From: an uncultured Candidatus Saccharibacteria bacterium
Lineage (GTDB): Bacteria > Patescibacteriota > Minisyncoccia > UBA6257 > 2-01-FULL-56-20
Assembly (NCBI GenBank): GCA_964456235.1
Contig: CAYWDX010000001.1
Coordinates: 125,935-189,934, forward strand
Length of the DNA stretch: 64,000 bases
Direction: 5' to 3'
Part shown: piece after piece, positions 18,899-26,185 of the stretch
Position numbering within the stretch: the first letter of the stretch is position 1
Layout of the letters: the number at the start of each line of letters is the position of its first letter
Notes under the pieces: model-generated
The model's input: only the letters and a program-made list of their open reading frames with translations
Told to the model about the DNA's origin: nothing
Databases searched by the model: none
Position numbers and translations under genes: made by a program

Positions 18899-19228
18899 TT
18901 AAACGCCGCGGTTCAGCGTTTTTTCAACTGCCGCGGCATTTTCCAAACCGTGATCGACGACGAAAGAAATTTGCGGCATCGGTTTGATGTTGATTTTTTT
19001 CCATAAGAGATGCTGCAGCCGGCCGGTCGCGCTATTCAGGATCGCGAGTGCGCGCGCGGCCGCCTCCGATGGAATGACGCTCACCCGGACGGATGCATGA
19101 TCGAGTTTTGCATCAACATCAACGCTCGTTATCGTGACGAGCGCGCCGCCAAACTCAAGCTCGCGCACTATAATGTTGCTCAATTCCTCGCGTATCAATT
19201 TCCCGACCCTCTCCGAACGAAATTTCAT
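18899..19228 (-). CDS. rbfA: ribosome-binding factor A
   Basis: 109 aa, MKFRSERVGKLIREELSNII... RbfA KH-like fold signature; immediately downstream of infB. Confidence 0.88.
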   Translation of the reverse strand: MKFRSERVGKLIREELSNIIVRELEFGGALVTITSVDVDAKLDHASVRVSVIPSEAAARALAILNSATGRLQHLLWKKINIKPMPQISFVVDHGLENAAAVEKTLNRGV

Positions 19229-19253
19229 GCCGTTGGTGCGTTATCGTTGCGCG

Positions 19254-20870
19254 TTACTTGTGGATCACGAGCACGTCCCCCACCTGCACCGCGTGTTGCG
19301 AACTCAAGAGGACGCCGATTTCTTTTCCTTCTTCTGCTTGCGTGATTTCTGATTTCTTTTCGCGAAGGTTAAGGACGCGCGCCGTGCCGAGCGCCGTCTG
19401 GGCGACGTCTTCGTTCTTGCGGATGATGTTCGCCGTCGCCTTCTCGCGGAACATGCCCGCCGTAATTTTCCCGCCGACGAGTTGCTTGTCGAGTTTATCC
19501 TGGTTGAAGACGGCGAGAACCTCGAGCTTGCCCGTGACGGCCGGGCCGGCGCTTCCTTCCAAAAATTCTTGCACCGCTTTTTCGAGATCGTAGACAATCT
19601 TTGAGGTTATGATGGATACGCTCTGCGCTTCGGCGAGCGTCTGCGCGCCTTTCTCGACGCGGTTTTTGAAACCGACGATCGTGGCGCTGGTCGCGAGCGC
19701 GTGCTTCACGTCGCCGTCGGTGATGTCGCCGACGGATGAATCCACCATTTTCAATTCTTTACCGTCGGGATGTTTGATATTTCCGAGGACCCGCTCCAGC
19801 GCTTCAAGCGAACCGGCGTCGGATGCTTTAAGGACGAGGTTGAGCGTCTGGGGTTTTTTACCGCTACCGACATTGCCTGCGCCGTTTACATTGCCGGTCA
19901 CACTCGCGCCACCCGCGCCTGCTGCCGCCCCTTTATTATTAGCACCGGCCCCAGCCGTCTTTGTGTTTTGGGCAAGTCTTGATTCGGCATCTTTGCCGGT
20001 CGTGAACGTTTCACCAGCGCGCGGGAGTTCTTCGAGGCCGATGACTGTCGCGGGCGACGAGGCCGGTAGTTCAGCGATTGCCTCTCCTAAAAAGTTTTCG
20101 AGAATTTTTACTTTTCCGCGCACGATACTCCCTTCTGCGTTCCGGGAAACAATTTCATCGCCGCGCTTCACGACGCCATCTTTTATAATGACCGTCGCCT
20201 CAAGACCGCGCCGCGGATCCCGCCTCGCCTCCAAAACAAAACCCGATCCCGCGGCGCCTGGATCATACGTCAAGTGCTCCAAATCCGCCGCGAGCAACAC
20301 GAGGTCGAGTAATTCTTCCACGCCCGCGCCGGTTTTTGCAGAAATTCCCTGCGCACTCACCTGTCCGCCGTATCCCTCGAGCATGACGCCCGCATTCATC
20401 AAATCAACTTTTGCTTTTTCGAGCCCGGCGCCACCCGCCCCGACCGCGCCGCCTACTCCGCCATCGGCGAGCCGGTCAATTTTATTGAGCGCGACGATGA
20501 ACGGAGTTTTTGTTTCATCCAAAATCTGGATCGCTTCTTTGGTTTGCGGCTTCACGCCTTCGTCCGCGGCAACGACGAGGATCGCGAGATCGGCGATCGT
20601 CGCACCGCGCGAGCGCATGGCGGTGAACGCCTCGTGCCCGGGCGTGTCAATGAACGTAATTTTTCGCGCGGCGCCTTGGTGGCCCGCGGGCGCATGCTCG
20701 ATTTCATACGAACCGACCGCCTGCGTGATGCCGCCCGCTTCGCGCGCGGCGACATTCGCTTTGCGGATGTAGTCGAGGAGCGTCGTCTTGCCGTGATCGA
20801 CGTGGCCCATGACCACCACGATCGGCGCGCGTGTTTTTGTACCGCTTTTTGGTGCAGATTTGGCCTCCAT
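19254..20870 (-). CDS. infB: translation initiation factor IF-2 (short form, 538 aa, lacks long N-terminal region)
   Basis: G-domain VVVMGHVDHGKTTLLD...DTPGHEAF...NKIDR; Gly/Ala-rich internal linker. Confidence 0.93.
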   Translation of the reverse strand: MEAKSAPKSGTKTRAPIVVVMGHVDHGKTTLLDYIRKANVAAREAGGITQAVGSYEIEHAPAGHQGAARKITFIDTPGHEAFTAMRSRGATIADLAILVVAADEGVKPQTKEAIQILDETKTPFIVALNKIDRLADGGVGGAVGAGGAGLEKAKVDLMNAGVMLEGYGGQVSAQGISAKTGAGVEELLDLVLLAADLEHLTYDPGAAGSGFVLEARRDPRRGLEATVIIKDGVVKRGDEIVSRNAEGSIVRGKVKILENFLGEAIAELPASSPATVIGLEELPRAGETFTTGKDAESRLAQNTKTAGAGANNKGAAAGAGGASVTGNVNGAGNVGSGKKPQTLNLVLKASDAGSLEALERVLGNIKHPDGKELKMVDSSVGDITDGDVKHALATSATIVGFKNRVEKGAQTLAEAQSVSIITSKIVYDLEKAVQEFLEGSAGPAVTGKLEVLAVFNQDKLDKQLVGGKITAGMFREKATANIIRKNEDVAQTALGTARVLNLREKKSEITQAEEGKEIGVLLSSQHAVQVGDVLVIHK

Positions 20871-20952
20871 AACCCGTGAAATATATCAAGAAATCTTGTA
20901 CTTATCAACCTATTTTGCTATTGTTCTTTTGTTTGATGGTGAGGTGTTTTAT

Positions 20953-21042
20953 GGAGGCGTGGCTGAGCGGCCGAAAGCAACTTCCTGCTAAGAAGTTAAG
21001 GGAGCAATCCCTTCGAAGGTTCGAATCCTTCCGCCTCCGCCA
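20953..21042 (+). tRNA. tRNA-Ser (anticodon GCU), CCA encoded
   Basis: GGAGGCGTGGCTGAGCGGCCGAAAGCAACTTCCTGCTAAGAAGTTAAGGGAGCAATCCCTTCGAAGGTTCGAATCCTTCCGCCTCCGCCA; long variable arm; the only tRNA here with genomic CCA. Confidence 0.88.
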
Positions 21043-21104
21043 GATTACCAACTTTGAACCTAAGTAAAATAAGGGTATCTTGGATCAAAGATGTCATCAA
21101 AATT

Positions 21105-22163
21105 ATGAAAACTAAGTCCTTAAACAAAAATTTACATTCAGCAAGAACTGCTAAAACAGATGAGTTTTACACTCAACTTATTGATATTGAAAAAGAGGTA
21201 AAACACTATAAAGATCAATTTCGCGGTAAGGTTGTGTATTGCAACTGTGATGATCCGTTTGAAAGCAATTTTTTCCGATATTTTGTGCTCAATTTCAACA
21301 AGCTTGGATTAAAACGACTTATCACAACTAGTTACAAACCATCGCCTATCGCTAACACGCAATTAGGTTTATTCGGGAATGATAAGACTCTCGCAAAGAT
21401 AAAAGGTCGCCCTAAGGTAACTGCTAACAAATTTATCATTAATGAAGCGAAAGATATTGACGGTGATGGCGAATTCAACTTGAAAGACGTTGCTAATCAG
21501 TTAAAGGCAAACAAAAATAACGAGTGGACACCCCTTGAAGGAGATGGTGATTTTCGTAGTGAGGAATCCATAAATTTACTTAAACAATCCGATATTATTG
21601 TAACTAATCCACCATTTTCTTTATTCCGTGAATATCTAGCACAATTAATTGAATACAATAAAAAGTTTTTGATTCTCGGCGATCAAAATGCGGTTACTTA
21701 CAAAGAACCTTTTGGATACATTCAAAATAACAAGTTGTGGCTTGGTTATGATAACGGCGGTACAAAATGGTTTCAAGTTCCAATGGATTACGACATACCA
21801 ACCGAATCAAGAAAGAAAATTGAAAAAGGTATCAAATATTTTAGCATGGGAAGAATTTTGTGGTTTACAAATCTTGATACTACAAAACGACACGATAACT
21901 TAGTACTGTATAAAAAATATGCACCAAAGGAATTTCCTAAATATGACAACTTTGATGTTATAAATGTTGATAAAGTTTCTGACATTCCGATGAACTACGA
22001 CGGTGTTATGGGTGTTCCGATCACATTTGTTGATAAATATAATCCTAAACAATTTGAAATTTTAGGCATAGCAAATTCCGCAAGATGGATTGGTTATAAG
22101 TGCCTCACCCTCATTAAGGGTAGAAAAATATATAATCGCATTTTAATTAAAAGAAAAAAATAA
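21105..22163 (+). CDS. N6-adenine DNA methyltransferase, EcoRI-methylase-like family (NPPF motif)
   Basis: Motifs DEFYTQ, VVYCNCDDPFESNFF, GDGDFRS, IIVTNPPFSLFREYL, YDGVMGVPITFVDKYNPKQF; the ORF-track start 21054 is a TTG 12 nt after the tRNA, so the start was moved to the first ATG (MKTKSLN...). Confidence 0.75.
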   Translation: MKTKSLNKNLHSARTAKTDEFYTQLIDIEKEVKHYKDQFRGKVVYCNCDDPFESNFFRYFVLNFNKLGLKRLITTSYKPSPIANTQLGLFGNDKTLAKIKGRPKVTANKFIINEAKDIDGDGEFNLKDVANQLKANKNNEWTPLEGDGDFRSEESINLLKQSDIIVTNPPFSLFREYLAQLIEYNKKFLILGDQNAVTYKEPFGYIQNNKLWLGYDNGGTKWFQVPMDYDIPTESRKKIEKGIKYFSMGRILWFTNLDTTKRHDNLVLYKKYAPKEFPKYDNFDVINVDKVSDIPMNYDGVMGVPITFVDKYNPKQFEILGIANSARWIGYKCLTLIKGRKIYNRILIKRKK

Positions 22164-22164
22164 T

Positions 22165-23256
22165 ATGAAAATTAATCTACATAAAATTCAAATCCGTAAA
22201 GTTTTTGGTGGGTATAAGGATAGTGCCGAAGAGGGAGTCGTTGCTTATGGCGGTAAGCTGGATATTCGACCAAAATACCAGCGAGAATTCGTTTACAAAC
22301 CTGAACAACGCAATGCTGTTATAAATACTGTTCAAAATGAATTTCCACTTAACGTCATGTATTGGATAGAAAATAGTGCTGGTAAATATGAGTTGCTCGA
22401 TGGTCAACAGCGCACTTTAAGTATTTGTCAGTATGTTAATGGTGACTATTCAATTAATGACCGCTATTTCCATAATCTGACCAATGAAGAAAAAGATCAG
22501 ATTCTTGACTACGAACTCATGATCTATTTTTGTGATGGAACAGATAAGGAGCGTATTAAATGGTTCGAGGTGATTAATACGGCTGGTGAAAAACTTACAC
22601 CGCAAGAGTTGCTTAATGCCGTGTATACCGGATCATGGCTCTCAGATGCAAAATTAAAATTTAGTAAATCAGGCTGTGCCGCATATCTTTTGGCGAATGA
22701 CGATGGACAGTTAGTAAGTGGTTCTCCAATTCGGCAGGAATATCTTGAAACTGCATTATCTTGGATCAATAATGGCGATGTTGCTGGCTATATGGCAAAG
22801 CATCAGCACGACAAAAATGCTGAAAAGTTATGGGAATATTTCCAAAATGTAATTGCGTGGGTACGAAAAAATTTCACAAATTATCGTAAAGAAATGGCAA
22901 GTGTGAATTGGGGCGAGCTATACAACGAATTCAAAGATAAAAAGCTAACTGCTACCAAAATTGAAGCAGAGATTAGCAAATTAATGCAGGATGAGGACGT
23001 TACCAAAAAGTCGGGTATCTATCCGTATGTTTTGATGAGGCAAGAAAGGTATCTTTCGATTCGTGCCTTCACAGACAAAATGAAACGTGAAGCATTTGAG
23101 AGGCAAAATGGTAAGTGTTCATTTTGTAAGAAAAAATTTGATATTTCCGAAATGGAAGCCGATCATATTTCACCTTGGCACGAAGGTGGAAAAACCATAG
23201 CTCAAAATTGCCAAATGTTGTGCAAGCAGGACAATCGCACTAAATCTGGAAAATAA
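22165..23256 (+). CDS. DUF262 (ParB/Srx-like) + HNH endonuclease two-domain protein (GmrSD-like architecture)
   Basis: N-terminal ELLDGQQRTLSI (DGQQR hallmark of DUF262); C-terminal CSFCKK...ADHISPWHEGGKTIAQNCQMLCKQDNRTK (CxxC...DHIxP...GG...N...LCxxxN HNH/His-Me finger); start is 1 nt after the MTase stop. Confidence 0.75.
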   Translation: MKINLHKIQIRKVFGGYKDSAEEGVVAYGGKLDIRPKYQREFVYKPEQRNAVINTVQNEFPLNVMYWIENSAGKYELLDGQQRTLSICQYVNGDYSINDRYFHNLTNEEKDQILDYELMIYFCDGTDKERIKWFEVINTAGEKLTPQELLNAVYTGSWLSDAKLKFSKSGCAAYLLANDDGQLVSGSPIRQEYLETALSWINNGDVAGYMAKHQHDKNAEKLWEYFQNVIAWVRKNFTNYRKEMASVNWGELYNEFKDKKLTATKIEAEISKLMQDEDVTKKSGIYPYVLMRQERYLSIRAFTDKMKREAFERQNGKCSFCKKKFDISEMEADHISPWHEGGKTIAQNCQMLCKQDNRTKSGK

Positions 23257-23263
23257 AAACTTT

Positions 23264-24370
23264 TTAGGCTGGTTGAACAAATTTAACTCGAGGTCTTAAG
23301 TGGGAAAATTTTCTCCAAGCATCTTTTACACCCATTTCATGTAGTTCGTGTGCAACCCTTCCAGCAACTATAGCCGGAGATACATTAATCTCCTTTGCGA
23401 ACTTGATAATACGATCATCAGCAGAAACTCTGTCACCAGCTTTAAACTCATTAAACTTTGCATCAGAAATCAAAGTTTTACGTGCAAATTCATCGGCTTC
23501 TTTTTCTTTATCCGCTAATTCACTGTTTTCTCTTTTCTCAAACTCTATAAACTGGTCCTTTTTACCATGTTTAAGTAAATGGCCAATTTCATGAAAGAAA
23601 GTGAACCAAAAACGATCTATGTGAGCACCCCTCAAACTTACTTGTATAAGTGCTTTATCAGCTGAAAGCCATCTTGTAGCACCATCAACAAAAGTATTTG
23701 AAAAATAAGGCACAAAAGCAACAGCAACGCCAGATTCTGAACAAATCTCTTGTATGCCTTTTTCAATACCAGTAACATCTTTTTTGGTTAATGCCCGCAA
23801 ACTTTCAATTGAGTTTGTCAGCTTATCTTTATCAAAAGATTTAGTCTGTATTTTGTTTCCCTCGATCTCACCACATCTAAGCCATGCGGCAAGACATTCA
23901 TGCGACAAATTACTCTGTTTAGATTGTCTAAATGCAACCTGATGAGTTTTTTGGACAAATCCTAAAGAGCTTACACCAAAGAAGTTTAAGAGATTAAACA
24001 CCTTTTCTTTTGAATCTTTTGATTTTGGTACATAATTCCATTTTGCCAACTCTTTATAGCAATCAAATTTATCTAAGGAAGGCAACTCCTTTTCTAGCTT
24101 TTTATCTCTTTCAATTCTTGCCAATGTTTCCTGATAGCTTCTTTCAAGGCTATTCCAAAACACAGGAGACATGCCGAATACAGCAGAAAGCTTTAACGCT
24201 GTTTCCGGGGTAATAGGGTTCTTTCCCTGAATAATCTCATTGATTGTCTTTGGAGTAAGATCTGTTCTTGCGGCAAGATCAGTCTGGGTCATGTTTACGT
24301 TATCCAATAACTCCTTAAGAGTATTACCTGGATGAATTGCGATATTTGGATTGAAATCGTTTGTAGCCAT
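23264..24370 (-). CDS. higA: HigA-like HTH (XRE) antitoxin fused to ImmA/IrrE (COG2856) zinc-metallopeptidase domain
   Basis: N-terminus IHPGNTLKELLDNVNMTQTDLAARTDLTPKTINEIIQGKNPITPETALKLSAVFGMSPVFW (HigA HTH); C-terminal HEIGHLLKH (HExxH); start taken at ATG (MATNDF...) 4 nt after the higB stop rather than the upstream TTG. Confidence 0.75.
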   Translation of the reverse strand: MATNDFNPNIAIHPGNTLKELLDNVNMTQTDLAARTDLTPKTINEIIQGKNPITPETALKLSAVFGMSPVFWNSLERSYQETLARIERDKKLEKELPSLDKFDCYKELAKWNYVPKSKDSKEKVFNLLNFFGVSSLGFVQKTHQVAFRQSKQSNLSHECLAAWLRCGEIEGNKIQTKSFDKDKLTNSIESLRALTKKDVTGIEKGIQEICSESGVAVAFVPYFSNTFVDGATRWLSADKALIQVSLRGAHIDRFWFTFFHEIGHLLKHGKKDQFIEFEKRENSELADKEKEADEFARKTLISDAKFNEFKAGDRVSADDRIIKFAKEINVSPAIVAGRVAHELHEMGVKDAWRKFSHLRPRVKFVQPA

Positions 24371-24374
24371 ATGT

Positions 24375-24689
24375 TTAGTGGTAATCAATTATTTCAATAA
24401 TCATGACCTTGCTTATCGACTTTAGATCTTGAGGATCTCCATTTAAATAGGTGATGATTATTCGATACGGATGTTTGATATCTAAAGCATAACATTTTTT
24501 CAGCTTACCCTTTAACGGGTGCAGTCTGATTTGAGGAAGCTTCGATATATCAGACAGACTCTCCGCAGACAATAACTCATTAATCCTCTGGACTATCAAT
24601 TCTGCCTGAAGATGGCCGTATCTCCTCTTTAATAAGGCACCATCTTCGCAGGTTTTCTTGAGTTTTTTGTCTTTAAAGGAGAGTTCCAT
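24375..24689 (-). CDS. higB: HigB-family (RelE/ParE superfamily) mRNA interferase toxin
   Basis: MELSFKDKKLKK...RLHPLKGKLKK...YLNGD...IIDYH matches the HigB pattern (xSFKxKxLKK / LHPLKG / NGD / DYH C-terminus). Confidence 0.8.
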   Translation of the reverse strand: MELSFKDKKLKKTCEDGALLKRRYGHLQAELIVQRINELLSAESLSDISKLPQIRLHPLKGKLKKCYALDIKHPYRIIITYLNGDPQDLKSISKVMIIEIIDYH

Positions 24690-24792
24690 TCTAATGCTAT
24701 AGGACGGTTATTAGAGTAAATCATTACTACCCGAGTGTAGCAAAACTCACTAAATATGTCAAATGTGGATAACCCAATAGGTTAATGATATT

Positions 24793-24820
24793 TTGACATT
24801 GTGCAGGAAGAGCATATAAT
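24793..24820 (+). promoter_or_regulatory. near-consensus sigma70-type promoter (TTGACA-16-TATAAT)
   Basis: ttgaca at 24793-24798, 16-nt spacer, tataat at 24815-24820; lies in the higB / DUF2188-ORF divergent intergenic region. Confidence 0.55.
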
Positions 24821-24861
24821 TGAAAACGTTTGAGGCTCGACAAACATTTTATCAAAAATAA

Positions 24862-25110
24862 TTTTGCAAACGCCAAATAGCCACAAAACAATACAAGCAA
24901 GTTTGGGTCAGTCCAATCGGTGATGATTGGAAAGTGAAAAGCGCCGGGGCTGATCGAGCTGCCGCAATCGTAGACACGAAAGCGGAAGCGGTGGAGCTAG
25001 CACGTGAGATCGCGATCAATAAGAAAGCAGAACTTATTGTTCAAAACGCAGATGGTGAGATTGGGTGGAGGAATTCGTATGGTCACGATTCTTTCCCTCC
25101 TCGGGGATAG
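24862..25110 (+). CDS. DUF2188-like small protein ORF lacking a canonical start codon (possible pseudogene or non-AUG start)
   Basis: Frame translates ...QYKQVWVSPIGDDWKVKSAGADRAAAIVDTKAEAVELAREIAINKKAELIVQNADGEIGWRNSYGHDSFPPRG*, matching the DUF2188 pattern (VWVSP..G.W.VK..G..RA......A.A...AR.IA......EL..QG.DG.I...NSYG.DP.PP); no in-frame ATG/GTG/TTG covers the domain, only an internal GTG that would give 58 aa. Confidence 0.4.
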   Translation, partial: FCKRQIATKQYKQVWVSPIGDDWKVKSAGADRAAAIVDTKAEAVELAREIAINKKAELIVQNADGEIGWRNSYGHDSFPPRG

Positions 25111-25411
25111 TACAAAGAAAACTGACCAACGGCCAGTTTTCTCCGATTCTTATTCAAAGTCGTCCCGCAGTGGGCGACTTTGTTATTCTAACATGAACGT
25201 AAATTTATATTATCCACTTTTTAGTTGATCGAATAATCAACAACATTGTTTCCTTTATCCGATTTTGGCTTGGGAACTTCAAACCATTCAGGATGGACTT
25301 TGTAGATAGACCTTAATTTCTGTATACTTTTATCAAGATCCTCGAATTTGAGCCGTGTTTCTGGTTCAAAGTTGTGGCAATCGTCCCCGCAGCTGTTACA
25401 CTTACAACCAA

Positions 25412-26185
25412 CTACCGCAGAAGCAGGAACGCGAAAATGATTGCGAATATTATCCGGTAAACGCCGAATGAGGTGAACTTGTGGTTTTTGATGTAGTCCA
25501 GGAGAAATTTCACCGCGAAATAAGCGGTAACAAAGGCAACCAGAAACCCTGCGGCGAGCATGCCATAGCCGCCGCTCGCAATTCCGGCGTGGCTTTTATA
25601 AAGATCGTAGCCCGATGCCGCGATCATCGTAGGCACCGCGAGCAGGAATGAAAACTCGACGATCGCGCGGCGGCGCACGCCGAGAAGCATGCCGCCGACA
25701 ATCGTTGCCGCCGCGCGGGAGACGCCGGGTATGACGGCGAGGGACTGCGCGCACCCAATCAAGAACGCTTGTCGGTATGAAAGAGAGCGCGCTTCGCTCA
25801 CGTGAAATTCCTGCTCGCGATGGAACGCCTCGAACAAGATGAGGACCGCGCCGCCGAGGAGGAGCATCCATAAAATCAATATCGTATCTTCAAAGAAAAA
25901 ACCTTTAATGATTTTGTAGAGAACGAAGCCGATCACGGCGGTCGGGACGAAAGCGACAATGATGCGCTTGTTGGTCTCCCAGTCCGCGAGGAATCGTTTA
26001 GCGTAGAGTGCGACGACCGCAAGGATCGCGCCCAGTTGAATAAAAATTTCGAAGGTGGTCAGGAAAACCGTTTGCGGCAGTTTGAAAAGGTCTGCGATTA
26101 AGACTTGGTGTGCTGTCGACGATACCGGAAGAAACTCGGTCAAGCCCTCGATCGCGCCCAAGATAATGGAATGAAAAAGGGTCAT
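25412..26185 (-). CDS. uppP: undecaprenyl-diphosphatase UppP (BacA)
   Basis: GAIEGLTEFLPVSSTAHQVL signature; 8 predicted TM segments. Confidence 0.9.
   Translation of the reverse strand: MTLFHSIILGAIEGLTEFLPVSSTAHQVLIADLFKLPQTVFLTTFEIFIQLGAILAVVALYAKRFLADWETNKRIIVAFVPTAVIGFVLYKIIKGFFFEDTILILWMLLLGGAVLILFEAFHREQEFHVSEARSLSYRQAFLIGCAQSLAVIPGVSRAAATIVGGMLLGVRRRAIVEFSFLLAVPTMIAASGYDLYKSHAGIASGGYGMLAAGFLVAFVTAYFAVKFLLDYIKNHKFTSFGVYRIIFAIIFAFLLLR

Larger units (their letters stand above)
21043..25410. mobile_element. AT-rich genomic island inserted at the 3' end of tRNA-Ser(GCU); defence/TA cargo, no integrase
   Basis: Abrupt fall in GC (visibly AT-rich codons and intergenic DNA) starting 1 nt after the tRNA CCA and ending at the uppP stop; cargo genes are defence and toxin-antitoxin types. 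Confidence 0.55.

Noticed and set aside
21054-21104. ORF-track start of the MTase at 21054
   Set aside because: The codon at 21054 is TTG, only 12 nt after the tRNA-Ser CCA. The first ATG (21105, MKTKSLN...) lies just before the conserved DEFYTQ N-terminal motif and is the more plausible start.
25004-25228. 74-aa ORF MRSRSIRKQNLL...
   Set aside because: It is out of frame with the DUF2188-like reading that shows clear family-like conservation, and it has no features of its own. Likely a chance frame.
20953-25410. Searched by eye for an integrase/recombinase gene and for a direct repeat of the tRNA-Ser 3' end at the right island boundary
   Set aside because: No tyrosine or serine recombinase ORF lies in the island, and only weak partial matches (for example TCGAAT) occur near 25300-25400. 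The island is therefore called a degraded or non-autonomous element rather than a prophage or ICE.
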